From NCBI RefSeq assembly GCF_009914755.1, contig NC_060938.1: a stretch of DNA of 64,000 bases. One strand, given 5' to 3'. Source of the DNA: the human T2T-CHM13v2.0 reference genome, Homo sapiens. The notes beneath the pieces are model-generated. The model had not been told where the DNA came from. It saw only the letters and a program-made list of their open reading frames with translations, and ran no database searches. The translations under genes and the position numbers were made by a program. Below are positions 28,808-44,400 of the stretch, piece by piece (positions within the stretch are counted from its first letter, which is position 1; each line of letters begins with the position of its first letter).

Positions 28808-29884
28808 CTGAAAAACGGCCACCTAAGATGGAAGAAGCCATGAGATGAGTAAGCGTTGCCTACTCACAAGGTTGCAAACTGTCCTTCACTTACGATTATC
28901 CCCCAACGCCCCCTCCTAAATCTGATCAATCGCATGGAACTTGATGGTTACAAAAGACAGAGCTAACAACTAGCGTAAGTGCACCTTCTTCTTTGACATG
29001 ACCTTGAACTAAGTCCAAATGAGCAATGAACAGCTGAAGTCTCTCAACTGAAAAGATCAGGACAGAGAGTGCTCTCCAAAGCCTGTGACCCACCCATGCC
29101 TGCTCTAGGTCACTGTATGAGTCTCTAGCTCTCACATACAGGATTGAAATGCCATAGCTCAGAATTAGTGACAACATAATCTGGCCTTTATTTGCCAATT
29201 GCCCCTTATTTCTTACTACCTCACAATACAAATTCTCCCCTCCAACAATGGCTATAATATAGCCATTTTCTGTACTACTTAAGAAATAGAATTATAGACT
29301 AATAGACTTGGAAAGAACTTGAAAGATTATCTAATTCAAGATCCTCACTTTACAGACAAGGAAACTAATGAATAGAGAAGAAGAGGACTTCATGAAATCC
29401 CCAGAATTAGAAATCTCTCTTTCTCGTCCTTCTCCTTCTAGCTGTAAGGATACTATGCCCATAGCTGAATGTGGGGAAACTAAGCAGTAAGTCCAATTGT
29501 AAGAACTAAAAAGAGAAAAGAGTTAGTAGTCCGGCTCAAAGTCCTCTCTGTTCCTTCTGGAGACACAAAGAGGAGGTCACTGAGCTCTGAAAGTCTCAAT
29601 CCCTCCCTGGGAAATCCTTATCTGTGTCTCTCTAAAGTCTTTAAGGGAAATGGTTTCAGACCAGTCAGGCTCCTTTCTTTATTTCAAGACACAAAGGGAG
29701 CTGCTGAACAGGAACAGATGCTGCCTGAGTTGTATATGCTATCTTTAAAAAAGACCCTAAGAGGTGACCTCTGTTGCTTCTACAGCTAGAAGCAGAGCTA
29801 GGATTAGGCTGAGGTTAATGAGACACTCACTCTAAGACCAAAATTTAAGAGAGTGCCACAAAACTCAATAATCAAGATAAATAA

Positions 29885-30233
<349 letters not shown>

Positions 30234-30382
30234 TAATCCCTGATGAACAAATGTTAAAATTTTAAATACCAGGATCTGGCCCTGCACTACATGTTTCTCA
30301 CATAACTCATCTTACCCTGATCCTAGCCTTGTCAGATTGGATCTTCAAAATTTTGTGATAGATATTTTGAGCATCCAAGATT

Positions 30383-30677
30383 TCTTTTTTTTTTTTTTGA
30401 GACGGAGTCTCACTCTGCCGCCCCGGCTGGAGTGCAGTGGCGCGATCTCGGCTCACTGCAACTCCGCCTCCTGGGTTCACGCCATTCTCTTGCCTCAGCC
30501 TCCGGAGTAGCTGGGACTACAGGCGCCCGCCACCACGCCCGGCTAATTTTTTGTATTTTTAGTAGAGACAGGGTTTCACCGTGTTAGCCAGGATGGTCTC
30601 GATCTCCTGTCCTCGTGATCCACCCGCCTCGGCCTCCCAAAGTGGTGGGATTACAGGCGTGAGCCACCGCGCCCGGC
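30383..30677 (-). mobile_element. AluY-like
   Basis: CpG-rich, with gggttcacgccattct and ttagccaggatggtctcgatc diagnostics; TSD gagcatccaagattt. Confidence 0.95.
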
Positions 30678-30729
30678 GAGCATCCAAGATTTTTGCATTA
30701 ATTTTGATTGTTTTAAAATACTGAAATCA

Positions 30730-31049
<320 letters not shown>

Positions 31050-31225
31050 TCATCTAGGTTACTAGGTTTTTGGTCTTCTGGTGCCCTCTTAAGTTTTGCA
31101 CCTCAAGTGAGTGGCTCATTCCCTTTATCTTAATCTCAGTCCTGTTTCTCATCAAAGGACCTAGAGATAAGGGACAAAAAATGGAAACACATGTAGAATT
31201 TATGGTTTAATTCAGTAAAGATTAT

Positions 31226-31231
31226 TTTATT
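31226..31231 (-). terminator. Candidate RNASE12 poly(A) signal AATAAA
   Basis: Canonical hexamer 175 nt after the stop codon. Confidence 0.65.
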
Positions 31232-31405
31232 GAAGCAGAATAAAACAATCCCAACCCAGCAATACAGGAAGGATAAATTAATTACCAGTGGCTTCCCCTT
31301 CCGCTCAAGGCATTGCCCCATGTCCACGGTCCAGGTCTGCCTCAGGCACAGCCAGCTCCAATGCCATTGAGAGAAGAGATCTCAGACTCGGTAGCTGATC
31401 TTGAG

Positions 31406-31849
31406 TTATTTAACATAGCCAAGGAAACTATCTGGCCTCAAGTCATCACAAGTGACAAGAACAAACCCCTCTGTGGGGGAATAGTGGTACCTGCAGGCAG
31501 GGTATCTTGTGCCTTCAATGAGCTGACAGACTGTCATTTTGAACTTTGTCTCACTCTGAAAGCAGAAAATGGCCGAAAGGTTTTGGCAAGCAACCTTCTT
31601 GGGAGAAATGCAAATACCATTGATTTTTCGAGGCCTCTCATGGATGAAGACATGCTCCTTTTTACAAGTGTGGTCAGGTTCCCTGATAACTCTTTGTATG
31701 ATCATGTGGTTGCAGTACCTTGCAGGAACGGGAACGTCATTCTGAGGGTAGTCCACATGCAAGTGTTCTAAAGTTGACATCACTGCTTCATCATTCACCT
31801 CATTTTCCCAGAACAGAAGCACCAAGAAAATTATCACCATTATTATCAT
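31406..31849 (-). CDS. RNASE12: Probable inactive ribonuclease-like protein 12, 147 aa
   Basis: First ATG after the splice acceptor gives MIIMVIIFLVLLFW signal peptide; CKKEHVF motif; eight Cys in RNase A spacing; acceptor ...ttactcaaCAGCAG at 31885-31890. Confidence 0.96.
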   Translation of the reverse strand: MIIMVIIFLVLLFWENEVNDEAVMSTLEHLHVDYPQNDVPVPARYCNHMIIQRVIREPDHTCKKEHVFIHERPRKINGICISPKKVACQNLSAIFCFQSETKFKMTVCQLIEGTRYPACRYHYSPTEGFVLVTCDDLRPDSFLGYVK

Positions 31850-32944
31850 CAGAGGTAAGAGTGACTTCGCATCTTTGGCTTTGACTGCTGTTGAGTAAGG
31901 GAAGATAGAAAGTAGCAAAGGACAGTCAGATTCCTCCTGCTCCAACCCCTGGCTGCTCCCCCATCCTTGGAATATTTTATTTCCTTCTCTCCACTAATTA
32001 AAATCACACTGACCTTGCAAGATCCAGCTGGAGGCATAGTTCCCCAAGAAAGCCTTTTCTGAACATGCCAGCTCTCAGAGTTTGGTACTGAGCTGTTCTC
32101 TAAATTATTCCTGTTGTGTTTGTTTTGATCTACAAGTTCTTTGACAGCAGATACCACATCTCCTATTTCTCAAATCCTTCGAAGTGCTCAACACAGAGCT
32201 AGACATATAGAAAGTGGTCAAGGTTATTCATATTGCTGAATAACCTTCTTTCCCGTAATTTTCTCAACCTTAAATCCACCCAATTGCACATGATTTTAGT
32301 ACCTTCTACTCATCTATTCTTCCCAATTCCTTCCAAGTCCCTCCCTCTGTCAATCCTGCTTGGCTCTGTGCTAGCTCCTCTCACCTGTCATTTTTCTGGT
32401 CACTGTCACAGGTAACATAGCCTTTTGATCATGAATTTGACAAAATCGCTTGTGTCTTGCTGTTCCCTGACAATAACTGATAGAGAGCCTGTTGTTGAAT
32501 GTGGGGAGGGCCAAAGTAGAAAGAGCAGAAGGGAGGGACCCGCACAGGGTGTGCTTGGGCACCGCTGGGGAGGAAGAGAAGTTACCTCCAGCAGGACAGT
32601 CGGGTAAGGCAGGTCCTGAATGTGTCCTCATTAAACAAGTGAGGACTTTTCAGAACATTTAGTGAAGGCCAATGTGTGCCAGCCACAGTACTGTCTCCTT
32701 TCTAAATTTTCAATCAGTCCTTATGACAAATACATGAAATTTTTCATTTCATTGACAAATAAATGAGTTGTAGAAAAGGTTAAGGTGGAGATGGGAAGTG
32801 AGAAGGAAAGCAAGAGTCCCATCCTTTCAGTGCCAAACACTCGAATTCCAGTTTTAGCGAGTTTCATTTCCACCCGGCGTCCAGCACAGGACAAAAACAA
32901 TTCCCTTGTAATAACGTTAATCTTGATAAAGCCCTGGGCTTCTG

Positions 32945-33130
32945 AGGAGTATGGAGACAGTTCCCAAACTGCTGAACGTTGGAATCAACGGGAGATTTAA
33001 AAAAGTATTGGCTTCCACCTTGATACATTCTGCTTTAACTGATATTGTGTGCGATCTGGGTTGGGGATTCTTAAAGGATCCCCACGTGATTCTAATATAT
33101 AGCAAAAGTTATAAGGGGAACCACTGAACC
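32945..33130. mobile_element. MER5-like DNA transposon fragment
   Basis: cagttcccaaactgctg...gtgattctaat...gaaccactg pattern; similar fragments near 700-830, 21805-21930, 49795-49915 and 61655-61800. Confidence 0.6.
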
Positions 33131-34356
33131 ATGGTATACATGGGAAACCCACATGGGAGATTAGTGGATAAGGGCTTAGTTAAAACACAGTGGTTCAAAG
33201 TATTGAGACCAGAGAATTATTTTTGTTGCTATCATCTCCCAGTTAGTTGATATAGGAACGGGCAAATGGACTTAGTTTTACTACTTCATGCCCTGAAGTC
33301 ATTTCTCTTTTGGAGCGACAGGTACAAAATCTCCTCTGTGCATATCTGTGTCTTTCTAATTGGCAGGAAGAAAATAATCGCAGGGTAAAAAATTATCTAG
33401 GAAAAACAGAATCGTGGAGAAGCCTTCAAAGAATGCTTTTCTTTCTATACAAAAACGAAAGCAAAATTGCAAATTGTGAAAATGAGCAACCAGGAGAATA
33501 TATTTACTTCCAGAAATGTCCATTCTGGGTGTCCTTTCAGAATTCAAACTATCCTGTTTTGGATATGTGTTACCCAATGCCACAAAGATATAAGTGCATG
33601 CTTAATTTTTGACACGATTTTCAATTAACAAAATTTGATTTTGTACATCTTGCAGAAACATTTCCAATGTATACAGAGAATTATATCTATGTACTGTAAC
33701 ATGTTCATTATTTCCTGCCAGAACTTCCAAGTAGCTGAAGTACAGATAATTTACTAAGTGTACAGGCAGAGAAGTAATCCCCGTTACAAAGATTTTCCCC
33801 AAAGGAGGCAACTAAACCTATCCCTAGGGTATCACACTGCAAAAGGAGTTGAGACTGAGTCCAAATGTTAACTAGTGTGGCAGCCTGGAAGAAAATATTT
33901 GTAATGCCTAAAACCACATTTGTGGTTTTAGATTTATATGTAGATTAGCATCTACATATAAGAAACTCCTTCATGTCAGCCCTAAAAAGACAGGAAACCC
34001 CAGGGGAAAAAAAAATAGTCAAGGAAAAGCCAATTTCAGAAGATAAAGCCAAAATGGGTAATGAGCAATGCTCCACTTCATTAGTAATTAAAGAAATGAA
34101 AGCTGAAATAACAAAGAAATAGTTTATAACCGTCAGATTATCAAAAATGATTATCAAGAATTGGAAAAACAGATCATATCAACTGCTGGTAAAAACATTG
34201 CTGGGCATAAAAATAGATGTGGCAATACTAGAAAGGAATCTGGAAACGTTTGGTAAGATTAAGGGTTTGACCTGAGACCTTTTAATCCCACTCCTGGGTG
34301 TAGAATCTAACAAAATGCCACAGTATTTCTTCTGCATCAAATTAAAACTAATTCAG

Positions 34357-34725
<369 letters not shown>

Positions 34726-35371
34726 TTATAAAGTTCCCTTTTCCTCCCCAGATTTCCAGGGGAATCTGGACAGCATATTGTTCTTATTCCTTCTTTATTC
34801 TGTGGCACCTGTAGTGGCCAACGGCATTAACTAAGGGACAAACATTCTCATTCACCTCTGGTAAAAACACCTAGAATACAGAGTTCAGATCCAGAATCTT
34901 GACCCTTTGTTGTAGTAAGACGTGACTTTTTTCAAACACCTACTATATAAAGGATTTTTGTCACCTATTGTAAGGGCCTTTTATCATTCACATATTATTT
35001 AATTCAACATATATTTATTAAACACTACCTGTGCCAGGCACTCTTCTAGGCCCTTGGGACATACCAGTGAAAAGACAAATGTCCCTCTCCCCACTACTGA
35101 CTCTGAATCAGTACCTCAATATGAAAATTGGTAATTAAAATATAAGACTAGTACATTTATTCTGCCGTTCCTTCAGGAAGTATATTCCTGGGCGACCAAA
35201 TCGCTTCCATGTGCTGTGGAAAAGCTCTTCTTTAGAGAACAATGACAACTAATAAATATGAAAAGAATAATAAAATTAGAAAATCGCAATTTTATAATCA
35301 TTAATGAAATCATTAAGCCAGGCAAAAAGCATTTGCTGGGTGGTAAAATTATTAAATGAGAGGCTATATAA

Positions 35372-35783
<412 letters not shown>

Positions 35784-36452
35784 TTATGATGTGCCTCCTA
35801 ATAAGGTACTGTAGCACGTGCACAGCACTGTTTACCCAGTAGTATTGCCAAATAATTGAGCAGATTAGTTTATTATGCCTGAGATTTAGCTTCCAGATTA
35901 TAGGAAATTTAGGGAAAAGAGGTGCAAATTATATAATACTACAAGGAAGCAATAAGACAGATCCAGATTATGTGACATTCTACCAGTTTCTTCACAAAGT
36001 CTATCACACAAAAACAAAGAGGGATAAACTGTTACAGATTAAAAGAATATTCAAATTTTGAATCTTACTTGAATGTGCATATGGACTGGGCATTAGATTA
36101 TGTTAAGAACATAATTTTACTTTTATAAGATATAATAATTATAATTATGTAGAAAATGTCTTTATTTTTTGGAGATAATATTCAATAGTTCTAAGTGTGA
36201 AATATCATGATGTCAAGTATTTTCTTCCAAGAAATAAAGCAAAAAGAAACGAAGAAAGAAAAAGGGAGGAGGAAAACGGGAAGAGAGAAAAAAAATCTCT
36301 GGCAAATTTTTTATAATTGTTGCTTTTAGGAGGAGAGGTGTAATAGGATCTATTATTCTATTCTTTCTACTTTTGTGTATATTTGCAAATAAGTATTTTT
36401 TAAAAATTAAATTCCTACTCTCATGGAATTTACATCTGGTGGAAGGAGATAG

Positions 36453-36823
<371 letters not shown>

Positions 36824-37019
36824 GTGTTGTGCAAATTTAAATAGGATGATCAGAGTAGTCCTAGCCATTACAGGTTTTCTCTTTCTGCCTTTCTAACCAA
36901 GCACTAATATTGTTTGAGAATGTACCAGTTCTCCACATAACCATGAGCTTCAAGGGAACCTGCTGGGGATCTGGGTGTGAATCTGCTGGGCCCTGAGTCA
37001 ATCAAGGTAATCCCATTCA

Positions 37020-37454
<435 letters not shown>

Positions 37455-39056
37455 TTAAAGAAGTTAGAAAGTGATTTCTTCTTGGCTTAACAGTTCAAGG
37501 TGAGCACTTCAGATTCTGTTCACACTATCATTCAGAAACTCAGAATTATTCATATATACTTTTCTAAAACCATAAAACACTTTAAGAAAATATTAAGAAC
37601 TAATTCAACTATATTATGGAGTGGATACCCACCAGGTTATCTAGTCAGACTTTTTTTTAATTTAGATTTTTATTTTTAATTGACAAATAATAATTTTATA
37701 TATTTATGAGGTTCAATGTGAAGTTTTGATATATATAGTACACTGTGGGATGATTATATCAAGCAAATTAACATATCCATTACTTTTTTAATAGTGCAGA
37801 TCCTTTTTTAATAGCGAGAACATTTAAAACCTACTCTTCGAATAATTTTGAAATCTACAAAATGGCAGCATGGCCCAGGAGTGTGACTGGCAGTGAAGGA
37901 GCTGGGAAGACCTTGGATGCAGGAAGGTCATTTAAAGCAAAAGGTGCTCCCCTAACTCCACAATTTTCTAGACTTTTCCTACTTCTCTATCACCCAGAAG
38001 CTACCTTTGAGCACTTTGAGCACCTCTCTTAAGACAAAAAGGTTGAAAGTGCCTCTGAACTGGGTACCGATTTCTTTCCTTTTCTGTGTATTTTCACTAA
38101 GGAGCCCCCCGAACCATTTTCACCTCCTACTCTGGTGATGAAAAGAGTCAGGTGATATCCTGAGTTTCTTTCTAACAGTGGAAGTAGGCCTTGCTCATGA
38201 GGAAATCTAGGCTGGTTCACACACACTCTTAGTCACCCAATGCAAGTTCACATGTCAAGAAATATTTCTAAGAGCAATGCAAAGGCCATGGGACTTTACC
38301 AACCCCTCCAGGAACCCCTTCTTAAACTAACCACCCCCCTCTCTTCCTTGAGTGTCTACAAGAAGCTTTTCTGTGTGGTTCCAGCACATAACTCCCTAAG
38401 TGGTGCTACAGGCGATTCATCTGGCCTTCTCCTTGCATGCTGTGAGCCTCTGGAGAGCAAGAGGAATGTTCTTGTTCTCTCTAGCACAGTGCCTGGTATT
38501 TCTGAAGAGATCAAAAAATGTTTGTGGAGTGGATGAATGGGTGAAAGATGTCAGATCTTTCCCCTCTTCTGCCAGTAAGTAGCTGTGAAGTCATGTCACT
38601 GCTCAGGGTCTGCATTGCTTCCACTCTAAAATGGGGGTAATAAGAAAGAATAAAGGAAGAATTTGATTATTTGTAAGATCTCGCTCTGCTTTCACAAACT
38701 AAAGTTCTGAGCTAAATTAAAATGGACTCCATGGCTGTTCTCTTAAGATGACAATGCTCTGGCCACAAGTTTTATTTTCCCCCACCCTGAGGGAATAGGA
38801 GGTGGTCTCTGCCTCCCAGCCTGGAGTGCAGGGGAGCAGTAGCAACCGGGAAGCTGGAGCCTGGGTACCAGACCCTGAAGTGGGAGCTGACTCATGAGTG
38901 TGGTGGAGCAGTTCTGTGAACTTGCCTAGGAATTGGCATTCGGTTGAAGGGACACCTTCCTAAATCGGGAACACTTACTACTGGGGAAAAAAGGCACGAG
39001 ACACCCCTGCTCTGGAGGGTTCATTGTCTACTTTTGGCAATTGCAGAGCTGTTTTC

Positions 39057-40373
<1,317 letters not shown>

Positions 40374-40428
40374 CCCTACTGCACCACAGTGATCTTTTTA
40401 AAACACAAATCCAGTTATGTGCCTGTGA

Positions 40429-40983
<555 letters not shown>

Positions 40984-41424
40984 TAAAGTAACCGTCAAAA
41001 AGATGAATGAGCTTTATAAAGAAAAGCTCTCTGATATTATAAAGAGCAAACTATAGCTCTTTTAGGCAATGAAAATACAGCATTACATTTACTCAATATT
41101 TATTGAGCAAACAGTTGTTGAACATTTATTGTATTCCAGGCACTGTGCTTAGAACAGAGATTTCTACAGGAAAGCAGACAGATGTTGTCTCTGCCCTCAA
41201 GAAACAGTCAGACAATTTTTTAAAGCTAAGAAATATAATAAATTTATTATGTTAGTGATAAGGACCGCAAGGGAAATTACAGGGTTTTATGCAAGCAAAA
41301 CAGACTACTTCACTTGTTCTGGGTTTTCTGGGAAGGCTTGTCTAAGGAAAGGAAGGATGCATAGGTTCACCAGGCAGAATGGGGAAGGTGAGTGGAGTAA
41401 GGAACACTCCACAGTGAGAGAACC

Positions 41425-44400
41425 AGACTATGTGGCTGCAGCATGAGCTGTGGTACCCGGTGGCAGAGGCGCTGCTTGGATGCGCCCCAGTGGAAACATG
41501 GGAGGCAGTGGACAGGTCTCCCACAAGTGTGAAGAAGGCACTGAAGCAACTGGAAGCTCACACCACCAAGAAGGGGTGCACCTTCGCCAGCAGAGTTGGA
41601 TGGGCATTTCTGACTGCACTACGTGAAGTATACGCTCAGTCCCTGCGGGACATGGCACAGCTAAAGGACCTTCAGGCCTAAGTTGGGTCTCTGGGGGCCC
41701 AAATGCACAGCTTGGAGCAAAACCTGGGTGTAAAGGACCTCCAGGTGCAAGCAGGGTGCTTACAGGCTCAGATAAACAGCCTGGAGCAGGAGCTGGAAAT
41801 AACTGTTGGCATGACCTTGAGCCCATCCTCCAGGCCGGACACTCGCGCTTGGTCTGATCCTGAGGAGGAGGCTCCTCTGCTGTGGGCTTGTCCTGTGATC
41901 CATCAGAAGGTAGAACATGAGCAGCTGATGGGACCCTAGGGGAGAGCCCAGAGGCCCCCCGCAGTGGTGGAATACACCTCCTATAGTGCTTCTCTTTCCA
42001 CTGAGTTTTGGGAGTTAGGTAAGCAATGCAAGGAGCACCCAGGGGAGCCCCCCCTGCCTGGCTACCCCATTTTGGGGATGAGGGGGCTGACAGCGTTTCT
42101 TGCTCTGCCTCCGAGATGGAGAAGCTGGCTTCTATCATAACTCACCCCTCCCTTCATCAGTGGCTGCAGCTGTGCCGATGGTTGGCACAAGGGCAAGGTG
42201 ATCACATGTTAATTGAGTGGCTGATGGCAGCCATATGGACTGTTAGGAAGGATGCTGGAGAGATACCAGAAATTATGAGTCAATGGCAATCATAGCTGAT
42301 TTGGTACAGGTACTCCTGGAGATGGGCATGCGGCAGGCTATGTTGGATCTGAATCCCTAGAGGCCAGATGATGAACATTTTATCTCCCACGTGAGGGATC
42401 TTGTGCTGACTGGCAGCCTCTGAGTGCTTTTGGCTCTCTAGCTGCTGTTCTTACTCCATATGTGGGGTGCCACATACATGAAGTGACTACTGCTATGGCA
42501 GCCCTTGAGGAGGCAGAAGGCCATCAGCGGGATTGGGGAATCCGCGCCATAAAGAAGGGGAAGGTGCCCCCTTCACAGGTAACCACCCCACGAAATAAAA
42601 AGGGACCCCAGCGGGTGACCCGCATGCAGATGTGGATGGATTTACTTGCAGCCGGGGTTGCTCGGGAGGAAACTGAGAGGAAACCCAATGGAATGCTGTT
42701 GGCTCTGTGGAGGCAATTGTACCCCCAGCAGCAATTCCGGAAAATACCCGAGGGGGCAAAATACTGTTGCTCAACCCAGCCCCGCGGGGACACGGCAGCT
42801 CAAGGATGATTTGCAGACTGGTGAAGAGACTGGGCCCTTCCTGTTTGATTAGGGAACTGGCCGAGGTGCTTGGCTTGGTGGGGGGCGCCGGACGACTGGA
42901 GGCCTCATGTGGAACTGGGAATCCACTAGTCCCCCACCAGTGTACAGCAGGTCCTAGCACTGGTATATACTGGTGCAGACTGCAGTCTTGTTTATGGGAA
43001 CCCGGATAAGTTTCCAGGAAAAGCTGCATTCATTGATGGTTATGCGGGCCAGTCAGTGAAAGTGAAACCTGTGTCTCTGCATCTTGGAATTGGCCGCTTG
43101 GCTTCCAGCCTGTACGCTATGTATGTTTCTCCTATACCTGAATATATTCTGGGGGTGGACATTTTGCATGGTCTGGACTTACACACCACGGCCAGAGAAT
43201 TCAGACTCCAGGTTCGTGTAGTAAAGCCGGTACTGCGTGGGCATATACATATCACCAGCCCCAAGTTCTGCCACAACCCCGACAGGTTACCTCCATTCAT
43301 CAATACCGTTTGTCAGAGGGGCATACAGAGATAACCAAGACGATTAAGAAGTTAGAGGAGGTGCAAATAGTGCCTGACATCCATATCCCCTACAGTTCCC
43401 TGGGATGTCCAGTCAGAAAGCCTGATGGGACTTGGAGGATGAGAGTGGATTACCAGGAGCTGAATAAGGTGACACCCCCTCTGCATGCAGCTGTACCATG
43501 GATTTGAGGGACCACCTGACAATGGAACTGGGACAGTACCACTTTGTAGTGGACTTAGCTAATGCACTCTTCTCCATCGACATTGCTCCAGAGAGCCAAA
43601 AATAATTTGTCTTCACATGGGAAGGGTGGCAATGGACGTTTACTGTGCTGCCACAGGGCTATGTGCATAGCCCCACCATTCGTCATGATCTTGTTGCCAT
43701 GGACTTAGATGCCTGGAAATGTCCAAAAGGGGTTTGCCTGTTTCATTACATTGATGGTGTCATGTTAACCTCTGATTCTCTTGCAGATTAAGAAGCAGCA
43801 ATGCCCCTCTTGTGGCAAGAGTTGGCAGCGTGCGGTTGGTATGTCAATGCATCCAAGGTCCAAGGGCCTGGATTGTCTGCCAAATGCTTGGGAGTTGTTT
43901 GATCAGGTAAGACAAATGCCATACCAGAGGCCATCATTGACGAAATCCAGGCATGCCCCTGACCCACCACGGTGAGGCAACTGCAGACCGTTGTGGGCCT
44001 CGTGGGGTATTGGCGGGTATTCGTGCCCCATTTGACTCAAATGATAAAACTGTTGTACCAGTGAACAAAAAAGGGAGCTACGTGGGATTGGGATGATGAG
44101 GCTGAAACAGGCTTTCTGGCTGCCAAGCAGGCCATTCAGCAAGCACCAGACTTACAAGTAATTGATCAGGGGCACCCATTTGAAGTTGATGTACTTGTAA
44201 CCACAGATGGTTTCAGCTGGGGCCTACAGCAGCACACGGAGCACTTTAGAACGCCAATAGGTTTTTGGTTCCAGCTGTGGAAGGGAGCTGAGCTCCGGTA
44301 TTCACTGATAGAGAAGCATTTAGCTGCTGTATATGCTGCTGTTCAGGCCTGTGAGAGCTTGACAGGAAGGGTTGCAGTCGCTGTGCAGATGACTAACCCA

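Noticed and set aside
31313-31771. 152-aa plus-strand ORF
   Set aside because: Antisense shadow of RNASE12 with no independent features
31850-31945. N-terminal 32-aa extension of RNASE12 in the ORF track
   Set aside because: It starts at a non-ATG codon and crosses a polypyrimidine tract and splice acceptor; the signal peptide begins at the ATG at 31849
33300-33950. Unique-looking segment with several short ORFs and scattered CpGs
   Set aside because: No recognisable protein family, TSD or tail; cannot be assigned without a search
41428-42138. 236-aa minus-strand ORF
   Set aside because: Antisense to GC-rich ERV gag; no recognisable domain
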